Assembly (NCBI GenBank): GCA_035623825.1
Contig: DASPSR010000020.1
Coordinates: 64,001 to 128,000, forward strand
Reading direction: 5' to 3'
Source: Nitrospirota bacterium
GTDB lineage: Bacteria > Nitrospirota > UBA9217
DNA: 64,000 nt
The translations under genes were made by a program, and so were the position numbers. Under the pieces are notes generated by a model, which saw only the letters and a program-made list of their open reading frames with translations, made no database searches and was not told the origin of the DNA. Shown piece after piece: positions 1 to 10,668 of the stretch; the stretch's first letter is position 1; the number at the start of each line of letters is the position of its first letter.

Positions 1-402
1 AACTGAATAGGTTGCCACCATATCGAACGAGCCATCGGGAATGCCCGAGAGATCATCACCGTTCAAGAGAATAGTCTCCAATCTCTCTGAATTGCCCAGC
101 TTGAGCCTGAGCCGCTCAAGATACTTTGAAGATATATCAGCTGCGACTGTTTTAACGCCGAGATCCAACAAGTGTTCCGTCAGATTGCCGGTGCCTGCTC
201 CAAAATCCAGAACTCGCGGCAAATCGGATTTCAATTTTACATATGAAAGCGCATCCTTGAGAACAAAACGTATTCTTTTTTGCTCGGTTGGATTATATAT
301 TTCAACGTGTTTTTCGTCATATTCTGCTGCGTCTCGGTCGTGGGTCTTCTTTTTCGGTATAATCGGTTCAATGACTTTATTAAAAAATGAAGGTTTATCC
401 AT
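1..402 (-). CDS. Class I SAM-dependent methyltransferase (partial, runs off the window start)
   Basis: Manual translation from ATG 402: MDKPSFFNK...RVLDFGAGTGNLTEHLL...VAADIS...DGSFDMV (SAM motif I). Not in the ORF track. Confidence 0.8.
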   Translation of the reverse strand, partial: MDKPSFFNKVIEPIIPKKKTHDRDAAEYDEKHVEIYNPTEQKRIRFVLKDALSYVKLKSDLPRVLDFGAGTGNLTEHLLDLGVKTVAADISSKYLERLRLKLGNSERLETILLNGDDLSGIPDGSFDMVATYSV

Positions 403-404
403 AT

Positions 405-1367
405 TTAGCGAACATTTTTCTTTTTTAAGGTGTTTTTCATTTTTTTGCTAACATTCTTAAAAAATATTTTCCAAGAATACATTTCATAATAACTTCTTAC
501 TAGAAAATATTTTATGTCGATATTCTTAGAATTCTCGCGCCTGCTTTTTTCAGAAAGTCTCAAGGCGTGTTCAGCAGCATTATCAAAATGCCTTTTTTTT
601 AAATTAATGGCTATTTTCATGTTGAACGAGGCTAAGGTTTCCCCGTTCGTTTTCATGTCCTCATAGAGCTCATTTAAGCACGCAGCAAAATAATTATTGC
701 ATTCTTTCACATGAATTGAGCCAAGCACCGCGGTCCCCTGTTCCGGATGCACTCGTGACTTTATCAATGATTGGGGGAGATGCATGAAATCATATTTTTT
801 TGCCATTCTGAACCACAGATCGTAATCTTGCACGGTCTTTAACCGATTATCGAATGTCCCGACGACTTCGAAGCACGACCGTGGAACTAGCGTGGTACAG
901 CCATGGATCGGGTTGCCAACAATCAATGCGTAACGAAAGTCTCGAGGGTCAATATCCTTTATTTTTTCCGAACGGATATATTGGGACTCGCGGTCAATCA
1001 GGTCATAATCACTGTAAAGTATTACGTCTTTATTTATTTTTTTTAAGTAATCTACCTGCGCTTCAACCTTCTGGGGATAATACACGTCATCATGGCTCAA
1101 CCACGAAAAATACTCTCCCCGCATTTCCCTGATGCCGAAATTCAATGCGGATGCTACGCCCCCGTTCTCCTTATAATAATACCGTATTCTTTCTCCATAG
1201 GACTTCGCAATGTTTTCGGTCTGTCCGCCGTCGGTGGAGCCATCATTGACGACGATTATCTCGATATTTTGATAGGTCTGCGCAAGTGCGCTGTCAATCG
1301 CTTCTCGAAGGAAATTAGCACCATTATAAACCGGTATGACGATTGATACCTTTGGGTTGAACTCCAT
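405..1367 (-). CDS. GT2 family glycosyltransferase
   Basis: VSIVIPVYN, VVNDGSTD, NGGVASALN and SHDD motifs. Confidence 0.92.
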   Translation of the reverse strand: MEFNPKVSIVIPVYNGANFLREAIDSALAQTYQNIEIIVVNDGSTDGGQTENIAKSYGERIRYYYKENGGVASALNFGIREMRGEYFSWLSHDDVYYPQKVEAQVDYLKKINKDVILYSDYDLIDRESQYIRSEKIKDIDPRDFRYALIVGNPIHGCTTLVPRSCFEVVGTFDNRLKTVQDYDLWFRMAKKYDFMHLPQSLIKSRVHPEQGTAVLGSIHVKECNNYFAACLNELYEDMKTNGETLASFNMKIAINLKKRHFDNAAEHALRLSEKSRRENSKNIDIKYFLVRSYYEMYSWKIFFKNVSKKMKNTLKKKNVR

Positions 1368-1368
1368 T

Positions 1369-2454
1369 TTATCTCCACTTATATCCGAGAACGATCTTGG
1401 CGACGATGCTGCTTACATCCCGAACCAGATATTCGGGCGGTGGAGACCAATTGCAGGGTCTGTCGAGCACCGTCCGAACGCAGGAGAGAATTGTTTCTGG
1501 TAGAGCGCCGCCCAACATGTTGCTGCCAACTTCCAATGTTTCCGGGCGTTCGGTGACATCGCGAAGTGTGACGGCGGGTACATTGAAGATACAGCATTCT
1601 TCCTGAACCGTTCCCGAATCAGTCAGTACGCAGAGAGCATGCTGTTCCAGATGCACAAAATCAAATAACCCCAGTGGGGCTGTCGCACGTACCCCGTCGC
1701 GGTTCATGAACAATCCTTGCATCTTGAGCTGAGAACGTGTCCGGGGGTGAAGGCTGCAAATTACCGGCAAGTTGTATTCCCGGTAAATCTGATGCAGGGC
1801 ATCGAGAAAAGATGCCAGTCGCTCCGGCACGTCAACATTTTCAGCACGATGCAGCGTTACAAGAAAATATTTACCTGCCTGCAGATTGAGATCTTCGAGT
1901 GCCGAGCTCGCCTTTATTTTTGGAGCGTAATAATCCAGAACCTCCTTTATCGGGTTGCCCGTCACATAAATTCGCTCTTCAGATATCCCCTCCCTCAAAA
2001 GATTGGCGCGGCTCCTCTCAGTATAGGGCATCAGAACATCGCTTGAATGGTCAATGATACGACGATTGACTTCCTCTGGAACACGGTCGTCGTAGCAGCG
2101 ATTTCCCGCTTCCATATGGAATACCGGGATCCCCATCCGTTTTCCAACGATCGCGGACAGCGCGCTGTTCGTATCACCGAGCAACAGCAGCCGATCTGGA
2201 TTCTCTTTTTTCAGAAAACGTTCGCATCCGATCAGAATTTCTCCTATCTGGCCCATTAAGGTTTCTGATCTGCTCTCAAGGACATGGTCCGGCGTCCGCA
2301 CGTCGAGCTGCTCAAAAAAGACATCGGAAAGGGTGGGGTCATAGTTCTGACCGGTATGGATCAGTACGTGATCGCAGAGTCTATCCAAGAGAGGGATGAC
2401 ACGGCTCAAGCGTATTATCTCCGGACGGGTCCCCAGTATGGTCATCACTTTCAT
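1369..2454 (-). CDS. UDP-N-acetylglucosamine 2-epimerase family (WbjD/FnlC-like)
   Basis: GTRPEIIR, HTGQNYD, HMEAGNR, TDSGTVQEE and TERPE motifs; next to FnlA-like gene. Confidence 0.88.
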   Translation of the reverse strand: MKVMTILGTRPEIIRLSRVIPLLDRLCDHVLIHTGQNYDPTLSDVFFEQLDVRTPDHVLESRSETLMGQIGEILIGCERFLKKENPDRLLLLGDTNSALSAIVGKRMGIPVFHMEAGNRCYDDRVPEEVNRRIIDHSSDVLMPYTERSRANLLREGISEERIYVTGNPIKEVLDYYAPKIKASSALEDLNLQAGKYFLVTLHRAENVDVPERLASFLDALHQIYREYNLPVICSLHPRTRSQLKMQGLFMNRDGVRATAPLGLFDFVHLEQHALCVLTDSGTVQEECCIFNVPAVTLRDVTERPETLEVGSNMLGGALPETILSCVRTVLDRPCNWSPPPEYLVRDVSSIVAKIVLGYKWR

Positions 2455-3515
2455 CGCAGAAACTCCCCTTCCTCTATGATTTCCTGTCCGATCATCAGAT
2501 TGTGCTTTTCCAGAAGCTTTCTCGTTTCATCCATCGTCATCAGTGAATCACCGGAACTGTATTCTTTCTGCAGCGGCTTATCGCCTGTTTGCTTTTTTAC
2601 CATCTCCGGCAGCATGGGTTTTATCGCGAAGTAATCGCCTCGCTCGAAGGTGCGCCAGGCCTCTTCATCGGATACCATGATTTCATGGACTTTTTCACCG
2701 GGGCGAATCCCGGTAACCACAACCTTGATATTTCGACCGTTAATCAGAGCGTTCGCGACGTCAACGATGCGAGCAGCCGGGACTTTCGGTACAAAAGTCT
2801 CGCCTGGTCTTGCCGTTTCAATTGCAGCGAAAACGGTATCAACAGCCCTCTCCAGCGGCAGCAGGAATCGCGTCATATCCATAGTCGTGATGGTCACCGG
2901 TCCGCCATTTTTTATTTGCTCGTGAAACAACGGAATCACCGATCCCCGGGAGGCCAGGACATTTCCGTACCGTACGCAGATGAATCGCGTCCAGGGCACT
3001 GTAATATTTGCTGCGATCAGGACCCGTTCCTGGATCGCCTTTGTCATGCCCATGACATTTACCGGTTTGCACGCTTTATCAGTTGAAACACCGATCACTG
3101 TTTCTATAGGCAGGTTATTTTCTCTAATGGCGCGAACGATATTTTCAACGCCATTGATGTTCGTCTGGACAGCCTCAAAAGGAAAGTATTCGCACGAAGG
3201 AACTTGCTTGAGCGCCGCTGCATTGATGACTATGTCCGCATTTTTCAGAACCGAACAGACCGAATGATAGTCTCGCACATCGCCGATCCTGAACTCGAGC
3301 AGTTGTTCAAAATTATGGTAAATGACCTCATCGGTGACTTTTTTCTTGTGCTGATACTCAATCCGCATAAAATGCTGTTTTGCCTCGTCGCGGGAAAATA
3401 TGATGATTTTCTTCGGCGTCCCCGCGCTACCACCTAACAGCCGGTGTGTCAGCACTTTGCCGAGGGATCCGGTACCTCCTGTGATAACAACTCTTTTGTT
3501 CTCGAATAAGGGCAT
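2451..3515 (-). CDS. UDP-GlcNAc 4,6-dehydratase/epimerase (FnlA/WbjB/CapE-like)
   Basis: TGGTGSLG, SRDEAKQ, AALKQVPSCE, STDKA, RYGNVLASRGSV and GIRPGEK motifs. Confidence 0.88.
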   Translation of the reverse strand: MPLFENKRVVITGGTGSLGKVLTHRLLGGSAGTPKKIIIFSRDEAKQHFMRIEYQHKKKVTDEVIYHNFEQLLEFRIGDVRDYHSVCSVLKNADIVINAAALKQVPSCEYFPFEAVQTNINGVENIVRAIRENNLPIETVIGVSTDKACKPVNVMGMTKAIQERVLIAANITVPWTRFICVRYGNVLASRGSVIPLFHEQIKNGGPVTITTMDMTRFLLPLERAVDTVFAAIETARPGETFVPKVPAARIVDVANALINGRNIKVVVTGIRPGEKVHEIMVSDEEAWRTFERGDYFAIKPMLPEMVKKQTGDKPLQKEYSSGDSLMTMDETRKLLEKHNLMIGQEIIEEGEFLR

Positions 3516-3536
3516 GAGGTCGTCTCCTTATGCAAT

Positions 3537-4433
3537 TCAAGATAACTGCCTGTGACGAACCTTGAAGTCACGATACATTGCATCAACCAGTTCTGGCCAT
3601 CGGGGGGGTCTGTAACCTGTCGCGGCTCGGAAGCGCTTTGAATCGAGCGAGCGATCGAGCACAAAGTCGTCAAAGGGCTCGATCTCGATCTTTTTCCCGT
3701 ATCTTTCAGCCACAAGCCTGAGCAGTTCGTATTTGGAGATAGGGTCCGATGAAACATGATAGAGGCCGTGCAATCCTTTGTTGGGGATTACCCAGTCAGA
3801 AATGATGTTCCCCATCTCTATAGTAGGGAACCCGGAGTAGATCGCCCTGGTGAAGCCTCTCACCTTCCCTTCCTGGGAAAGGAACCATTCAATGAGACCG
3901 TGCCTTCCTTTTAATTCATGTCCGATGATGGAAGTCCTCAGGGTCACACAGCGCGGATAGTCAACCTCTCCCAATAGTTTTGTGCGACCGTAGAGATCAT
4001 TTGCATCGGGAAAGTCTTCTTCCGTATATGCTCCTTTTTTACCGGAAAAGACACAATCGGTGCTAATATGGATCATCCGTGCGCCAACGGTCTCGCACGT
4101 CCGAGCAAGTTGGTGAGGGAAGAGGGAATTGATACTGATGGAGAGGAGCGAATTCTTTGCTTCAGGTAGCTGTTTAACAATGCCGATACAGTTAATCACC
4201 ACGTCGGGCCTTATTTCGTTAACAATACTATGGACCGAATCAAAATCGTTCACATCGATATTATTGCGAACTTTCTGCAACAGTTGAGGCGAGAGCCATC
4301 CCTCGAGTCCATCGTACCTGCGTGAAGTACCGAGGACGCTGAAATCCGTTCTCTCAGACAAACGAATGAATAGAGAATGTCCTAACATTCCCGTTATGCC
4401 TAGTATAAGTATTTTTGCGCTGCCTTGCATCAT
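3537..4433 (-). CDS. RmlD-family SDR sugar-nucleotide reductase
   Basis: GITGMLG, HISTDCVFSG and YGRTK (YxxxK). Confidence 0.85.
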   Translation of the reverse strand: MMQGSAKILILGITGMLGHSLFIRLSERTDFSVLGTSRRYDGLEGWLSPQLLQKVRNNIDVNDFDSVHSIVNEIRPDVVINCIGIVKQLPEAKNSLLSISINSLFPHQLARTCETVGARMIHISTDCVFSGKKGAYTEEDFPDANDLYGRTKLLGEVDYPRCVTLRTSIIGHELKGRHGLIEWFLSQEGKVRGFTRAIYSGFPTIEMGNIISDWVIPNKGLHGLYHVSSDPISKYELLRLVAERYGKKIEIEPFDDFVLDRSLDSKRFRAATGYRPPRWPELVDAMYRDFKVRHRQLS

Positions 4434-4562
4434 GCAAACCTCATTCCCTATCTAAAAAAGTCAGAGCCTGATTATAAAGGCCTTCGGGTCGGTCATCAAT
4501 TAATTGCATGATAAAAACATGCCTCCGTTAAGGGGCTGATTTCGTTTTTATCTTATAACGAT

Positions 4563-5255
4563 TCATTCTCTCCCAACAAATTTAAGAATAAATTTAAGGA
4601 CGATGTTTTCAAAACGTGACGAATTTTTCCAAAAGACTGCGTAGTCCTGACCAGGGCGTTCAAATATAAGGGACATCGTTGAGTGCAAGGCAGCATAAGC
4701 CGGTTTGACGGAATCCCATGATATGTCATCAATGATTACAAATCCATTATTGTTGAGGCGGGGCAGATACAATCTTACATCATCCATCACCCGCTGTGTA
4801 TCATGGTTTCCATCTATGTGAATAAGATCGAAATAAACATCATTTTCTAAAAAATAATTAATTGCATCTTGTGATGGCTCCCTTAATAATCTACAGTAAT
4901 GCTCAAAATGATATGTTCTTCTGAATGATTCAACCTCTTCATAAACTTTTTGAAAATCGGTCGTTGTAACGAAATTTTCTATTTCAGCCTTCAACTTCTT
5001 ATTGTCGTACTCCATGGCTTCACTCTTATCCCAAGGGTCAACTCCGTAAACAATCCCTCCGCTGAAGCGAGAATGTGCCAACGCCTGAGGGAAAAGCGAC
5101 CTGCCTCTATAAACACCTATATCGACTGTTATTTTCAATTTATACCGTTTTATCAAATAGGCCATTAAAGATGCCTTGCTGAGACCACACCCCCCTCCAA
5201 AATCTGCAGTAATTTTGCTTAAAATGTCTTTAACATCATTTCGCAAGCTGCCCAT
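4563..5255 (-). CDS. Class I SAM methyltransferase (Methyltransf_24-like)
   Basis: DIGVYRGRS, GVDPW, LIHIDGNH and IIDD motifs. Confidence 0.75.
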   Translation of the reverse strand: MGSLRNDVKDILSKITADFGGGCGLSKASLMAYLIKRYKLKITVDIGVYRGRSLFPQALAHSRFSGGIVYGVDPWDKSEAMEYDNKKLKAEIENFVTTTDFQKVYEEVESFRRTYHFEHYCRLLREPSQDAINYFLENDVYFDLIHIDGNHDTQRVMDDVRLYLPRLNNNGFVIIDDISWDSVKPAYAALHSTMSLIFERPGQDYAVFWKNSSRFENIVLKFILKFVGRE

Positions 5256-5278
5256 TTGCTAGCTCTCCTCCAATAATC

Positions 5279-6412
5279 TCATTTCATCTGTTTTAAAATG
5301 TCACAGATTTTTTCCACATCGCCTGTAGAAAGGCCTCCGTACAGAGGCAACGATAATACCTGCTGAACGACCTCGTGCGCGACTGGTAAGTTATTTGGCG
5401 TGGCAGATGGAATTTGCCGGTAACACAAGTAATTACTGCACAAGGGATAAAAATATTTCCTGGTATATACATTGAATTCTTTGAATTTATTATAAACGTA
5501 GTCTCTCGACTTCCCGAACTTCTCTTCATCAATGCGTATTACGAAATACTGATAGCTATTGGTAACACTTGCCATATCTTTACTGATTTTAATGCCATCA
5601 ATATTTTGTAGAGCACTTGTGTAAGCCTTAACCAGTTCTTTTCTTTTTCTCTTTTCCTCTCCTATATAATCCAAGAGCACTAGACCAAGCGCAGCCTGAA
5701 TTTCATTCATCTTGCCATTGATGCCTGGCATAACTACTTCTTCTTCATTCTTTATCCCGAAATTTTTCAACAAATCTATGCGCGGCTTCAGGTTTTTATC
5801 AGAGAAGGCGAGAGCGCCCCCTTCCGCCGTATGAAAGAGTTTCGTCGCATGGAAGCTGAACATTGTTATGTCGCCAAAATTGCCGACCCCAATGTCGTCA
5901 ATTTCAACGCCGAATGCATGCGCCGCATCGTAAATTACTCGTAACCCGTAGCGATCGGCCACTTTTTGTATTTTCTGGACGTCACACGGCGTGCCAAACA
6001 CGTGGACTGCAAGAATCCCTGTCGTCTGCGGCGTTATCATGTATTCGATTTTATCGGGATCGATATTCATTGTCTCGTTGTCAATGTCGCAAAAAATCGG
6101 CTTGATATTATTCCACGTCAGCACATGCGACGTGGCCGGGAAGGTAAATGGAGTTGTTATTACCTCACCGGTCAGGCGCAGGCTCTGACATGCCGTGATC
6201 AATGCTATTGTGCCATTATTAAATAGAGATAAATTTTGTACTTTGAGGACACTGGTAAGTTTTTCTTCAAGCGAGATATGTTGTGGTCCGTTATTCGTGA
6301 GCCATTGGCTCTCCCACACTTCTTCAAGCTTATGAGTGACCTCCTTTAGATTGGGAAGGAGCGGTCGCGTAACGTAAATAGGTTTGTCAAACGGTTTTAT
6401 TTTTGGAGACAT
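5279..6412 (-). CDS. DegT/DnrJ/EryC1/StrS aminotransferase (VioA-like)
   Basis: YDAAHAFG, SFHATK (PLP lysine) and GINGKMNE motifs. Confidence 0.9.
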   Translation of the reverse strand: MSPKIKPFDKPIYVTRPLLPNLKEVTHKLEEVWESQWLTNNGPQHISLEEKLTSVLKVQNLSLFNNGTIALITACQSLRLTGEVITTPFTFPATSHVLTWNNIKPIFCDIDNETMNIDPDKIEYMITPQTTGILAVHVFGTPCDVQKIQKVADRYGLRVIYDAAHAFGVEIDDIGVGNFGDITMFSFHATKLFHTAEGGALAFSDKNLKPRIDLLKNFGIKNEEEVVMPGINGKMNEIQAALGLVLLDYIGEEKRKRKELVKAYTSALQNIDGIKISKDMASVTNSYQYFVIRIDEEKFGKSRDYVYNKFKEFNVYTRKYFYPLCSNYLCYRQIPSATPNNLPVAHEVVQQVLSLPLYGGLSTGDVEKICDILKQMK

Positions 6413-6436
6413 CAGATCACCTCTAAAGCGAACATG

Positions 6437-6967
6437 CTATTTCATCCCAGTGTCAGAAAGGTATTTCTCATAGTTCCCAAGGACAGCGGATCGATTTCGA
6501 TCGCTTATTTTTTTATTTCCAATATAGACGCCCCAAGGCTCCAAATCTCTCGTCACAACAGAACATGCGCCTATAGTAGATCCTTCACCAAGAGTAACGC
6601 CTGGCAGGATGACACTATTCGCACCTACGATACAGAACTTTCCGATTTTAATGGGTGCCCTTTTAGTGTTGCGATATTGTTCAGGGATAGTAGAATTTCC
6701 AAAGCCCCAGTCCTTAAAATCATCTGTGCCTGTCAGGATTCGACAGCCCTGTGATAATGCAGCGAAATCACCGATACTGACGAACTCGCCGCCCGTTATC
6801 GAGGCAAAACAGGCGATATGGACATGATTCCCAATTTTAATTTTATTTTTTGCATGTATAAAAACGAAATCGTCTATTATTATATTTTCACCAAATTCAA
6901 TATTCTCAATGCCGACTATTTTCGTAAATTCGAATAATTTGATCCCGCGAATTTTGTAGTTATCCAT
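6437..6967 (-). CDS. Hexapeptide-repeat acyltransferase (VioB-like)
   Basis: Left-handed beta-helix repeats (IGNHVHI, IGKFCIVGANSVILPGVTLG). Confidence 0.82.
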   Translation of the reverse strand: MDNYKIRGIKLFEFTKIVGIENIEFGENIIIDDFVFIHAKNKIKIGNHVHIACFASITGGEFVSIGDFAALSQGCRILTGTDDFKDWGFGNSTIPEQYRNTKRAPIKIGKFCIVGANSVILPGVTLGEGSTIGACSVVTRDLEPWGVYIGNKKISDRNRSAVLGNYEKYLSDTGMK

Positions 6968-8165
6968 GTCCTACCCCGCCAGTCAATTTCATGTAACCGT
7001 TTATCACTTTTAACCGAGCGCCAATTTGTTTGTCTTCGTCAAACATCTCTTGAATGGCGATCGTCCCCTTTTTGGCCAATTCATATAACCTTTTTGGATT
7101 ATCATGATAATAAGTGATCTTATCCACAATTTCGTCAACGAGTGTATTGATGATAACGATATCTTCACCGTCCGCAAAAGAACAATTCAAATTAAGTATA
7201 TCCGTAGCAAATATTGCTACACCACATATCCCAGCCTCAATGCAGCAACCCGTGGGAAAACCATCAAAGGCGCCTTGTTCCAGGAGAAACGGTTTATTTG
7301 GCGACAAAATGATATCCATATGAGAATAAAAATCAGGGAAGAAGCGTGTGTGTCGGCTGCCGTAAAAATAGATATCTCTATCAATAGCCGTGACGTCCAT
7401 ATCAGTTCTGTCGAAATTGCCCACAACATGAAATTTTACGTCTTTATTTTTCTTTTTTAATATCTTTGCAGCTTCGATGAATACGTCATACCCCTTGTCC
7501 CTGCCTTCAGGCAGGTATTTATTTGCCACGAAACAGATATCAAATGATGCCTTGTCGTCTGGATAATATTTCTTCTGCTTCCTATTGCGCATATACCAAT
7601 GTATCGGGAGGACAACGCCGTAAACAAATTCAATCTGATCGGGCTTACAGAGCTTTTTCTGAATGAGATACTCATAAGATATTTTTTGCGTAACAATCAC
7701 TTTCCTGAAATAAGGTGAGCTTAGTATTCTTTTAAGCCTGCTATCAGAAACTTTATTATCCAGACGGAAAAATCCCCCTGGATAAAGTTCAAAGACAAAT
7801 GGTACCTTATACTTTTCAATGTACGGGAGGAACTCGTAAGTGTTATGAAGAAATACTATATATGCCAGCTTTCCCGAGAAATCTATGAATTTGTTAAATT
7901 TAAATATTCGGGACGCATATTGCGGATATAGTGTTCTATATTTCTTTTTTTCCTCACGGAACCTCCCAAATGAAGAGTACACTACTGAATTGTCAAAGTG
8001 GCCCAAATATGCATTGAATTCAGTTATTCTGAACGGGGAAAGAAGACAAGGAAATGTATCGTCATAAATAACCAATCTCTCTTTATCGGTCTTTGGATGC
8101 TCAGCCTTATAACATAAGAATCTTATCCAATCATTCGTTTTTTTTCGAATTGATTTCAAACTCAT
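6960..8165 (-). CDS. Glycosyltransferase (GT-B, GT4-like)
   Basis: ICFVANK...KGYDVF and GFPTGCCIEAG C-terminal signature. Confidence 0.75.
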   Translation of the reverse strand: MSLKSIRKKTNDWIRFLCYKAEHPKTDKERLVIYDDTFPCLLSPFRITEFNAYLGHFDNSVVYSSFGRFREEKKKYRTLYPQYASRIFKFNKFIDFSGKLAYIVFLHNTYEFLPYIEKYKVPFVFELYPGGFFRLDNKVSDSRLKRILSSPYFRKVIVTQKISYEYLIQKKLCKPDQIEFVYGVVLPIHWYMRNRKQKKYYPDDKASFDICFVANKYLPEGRDKGYDVFIEAAKILKKKNKDVKFHVVGNFDRTDMDVTAIDRDIYFYGSRHTRFFPDFYSHMDIILSPNKPFLLEQGAFDGFPTGCCIEAGICGVAIFATDILNLNCSFADGEDIVIINTLVDEIVDKITYYHDNPKRLYELAKKGTIAIQEMFDEDKQIGARLKVINGYMKLTGGVGHG

Positions 8166-8195
8166 TTTACAGATCCCTTAATACTATATCCCCGT

Positions 8196-9425
8196 CTATG
8201 AACGCATGCACTTCAACGCCAGCTCAAATTTTTTTACAAATTCTTCCCAAAGCATCTCTCTTAATGTCCTTGCATATGCGGCTTCGCCCATTTTTTTTGC
8301 TATTTCGGGATGCCCCGCCAATTCTGCTATCTTTTCGGCTATATCACTTGGATTCAATGCGTCTGCGTGCAGTCCCGTGACCCCATCGACCACAATCTCC
8401 GATGGACCGCCGTGGTTCGATACTATGCTTGGTTTCTTCAATAGCGCTGCTTCGACCGGGACAAGTCCGAAAGGCTCGTCGAGCGGAACGTGAATGAGAA
8501 TATCTGATTCCGCATATAATCTCCATACATCCTTGTGAGGAACTGCGCCAATAAACCGTACCGAGTCGCTCAACCCCATGCTGTGACATTTTCTTTTAAA
8601 ATAGGCAAGATGAGGTCCACCCCCTGCTATTTTATAATGAAACCCTTCGGGGAGGCTGTTCCTCTCTTTCAGTATTTTTACAGCTTTCAAAATGGTATCA
8701 ATATTTTTTTGGATTTCTACACGTGCAACAGTCACTAAGGAACTCCTTTGTTCATTAACGGCTGCAAAACGCGAAGCTTCCTCGATATAACTCTTGAATC
8801 GTTCAAGAGGAATCCCCAGAGGGCAGGACTGCACACCGATACCATAAATCTTTTTTGCCATGCAAGCAGTGTAGGTACTGTTCGCAAGTACGCTGTCGCA
8901 CGAGGCGATCGCCGCCTTGTCAAGGCGCCTGTAGCCGAAAAGAGATTGTCTGAGAGAGCGAAAAATCTTTTTAGGGCGGTACCTGTTCCACATGTTTCTG
9001 AGCCCTGAAAGCTGCCGATAGTGGACACTTAATATTTTTTCATAAAAGTTTGGTTGAAGATTATGCAGATACAAGAGAACCCTGGGAAATTCCTTCATTT
9101 GCTGTTTTGCGTAATACACCCACAGGCTCGCTGGATAATTGTGCGGATTTATCACATCGAACTCATACAAGGACAATTTCAGGGCTCTCTGGAGCGCCAT
9201 CCCTCCATCACGGTTTGTTCTCAGGGTCGACCGGTGTTTCTTGAAATCGAGCAGGCATACGTTGTACGGTCTCTCCCTCATATTGCCCCACACCTCCTCG
9301 GAAAACTCCCAGGTAAAGAGGGAAACATAGTGGCCGCGCTCGACCAGGCTTTCTGCAAGCCAGATAACGACATTTTCCGCACCGCCCACTGCGCGGAGCG
9401 AAGGATAAACGATTGCAATTCTCAT
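8196..9425 (-). CDS. GT4 family glycosyltransferase
   Basis: GGAENV and EPFGLVPVEA (EX7E). Confidence 0.9.
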   Translation of the reverse strand: MRIAIVYPSLRAVGGAENVVIWLAESLVERGHYVSLFTWEFSEEVWGNMRERPYNVCLLDFKKHRSTLRTNRDGGMALQRALKLSLYEFDVINPHNYPASLWVYYAKQQMKEFPRVLLYLHNLQPNFYEKILSVHYRQLSGLRNMWNRYRPKKIFRSLRQSLFGYRRLDKAAIASCDSVLANSTYTACMAKKIYGIGVQSCPLGIPLERFKSYIEEASRFAAVNEQRSSLVTVARVEIQKNIDTILKAVKILKERNSLPEGFHYKIAGGGPHLAYFKRKCHSMGLSDSVRFIGAVPHKDVWRLYAESDILIHVPLDEPFGLVPVEAALLKKPSIVSNHGGPSEIVVDGVTGLHADALNPSDIAEKIAELAGHPEIAKKMGEAAYARTLREMLWEEFVKKFELALKCMRS

Positions 9426-9434
9426 TTGATCTCT

Positions 9435-10511
9435 TTAATGAGTTCCCACGGCGCGGTAAACTTCCATGAGTTTTTCACCGAAACTGTCCATGGAAAAGAA
9501 ATCCCTTGCGTTTTTTCTGCAATCATCGGATAGAGCCTGATAGCGAGCCTTGTCTTGACGGAGGACTACGATTTTTTCCGCAAGGGTCTTGATGTCCTCC
9601 TGGTTGGAGTACAGCAAGCCGGAGCCGAAATCTTCAACCAGTTCTGCCCCTCCCTCTCCTTCACGCGCAACGATAGGAGTGCCTGCGGCCATACCCTCCA
9701 TCAATACGATTCCCAGCGCCTCGTTCTCCGAGGGAAGCAGCGTGATGTGACTGAGAGATAAGATCTCAGATGTATCCGCCGTCCAACCGGTAAACTGGAC
9801 GTTATCCTTCAGGTCAAGACTGGAGATGGCATCAACGAGCGACATATAGTAATCCCCTGACAGAGGATCTCCGATGACGAGAAGGAGCGGATTCTCCCCC
9901 AATTTTTTAAGGGCCGACATCAGTTCCAAGGAAATGAGGTGGCCTTTTCTCGGAATAATGCTGGCAACATGGCAGAAAACGGTGCTGTAACGGTCCGTAT
10001 TGAGTTTCGCTCTCCAGGCTTCCCGTTTTTCCTGATCGGGATGAAAAAACCGATCAACATCGATTCCCGGTCTGATTACGCTGACCTTTTCCTGTTTAAT
10101 TCCTTTTGACAGCACGACCTTTTTCAATTTATTGGATAGAACAACGACCTTGTCGGCGAACCTCAACCCAGGATGATATCGCGGAACCATCATTGTGGTC
10201 ACCACCGGCCTTTGCGTCAAAAAGGAAAGCAATACACCGAAATAGTCCGCCCTGTCCAGCGTTGTGTGGATGATGTCTATCGCATGGCTGCGCACGAGCT
10301 GTCTCAGGCGAAACAGATCCTTGATGCCGTCCAACGGGAGCCCGTGATACTCAACCCCCATGGCCCTTACTGCATCAGGCACGAAGCCAGTGGTGCCACG
10401 GCCCACAACGATGACGCGGTTGGCCATTTTATCCAAGATGTGGACCTGATCAAGGAAAATCCTTTGTGCACCATAACGGTCGTTTTTCGATATTATAAGA
10501 AGGATGTTCAC
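9435..10511 (-). CDS. GT4 family glycosyltransferase
   Basis: EALGIVLMEGMAAGTP motif. Confidence 0.88.
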   Translation of the reverse strand: MNILLIISKNDRYGAQRIFLDQVHILDKMANRVIVVGRGTTGFVPDAVRAMGVEYHGLPLDGIKDLFRLRQLVRSHAIDIIHTTLDRADYFGVLLSFLTQRPVVTTMMVPRYHPGLRFADKVVVLSNKLKKVVLSKGIKQEKVSVIRPGIDVDRFFHPDQEKREAWRAKLNTDRYSTVFCHVASIIPRKGHLISLELMSALKKLGENPLLLVIGDPLSGDYYMSLVDAISSLDLKDNVQFTGWTADTSEILSLSHITLLPSENEALGIVLMEGMAAGTPIVAREGEGGAELVEDFGSGLLYSNQEDIKTLAEKIVVLRQDKARYQALSDDCRKNARDFFSMDSFGEKLMEVYRAVGTH

Positions 10512-10668
10512 TATTTAACCACGGATCCGCGCTCGTTCAGATACGGTTGGATATTAACAACCTTGGGACCATCTGTCAATCAACAAGTACCAGAGTCCGC
10601 AATGATATTCTTCGTGTATTTCATCTTTTCATCCTCACAGGATAGCAGCCTCGCGGCTGCCCGCTCCT

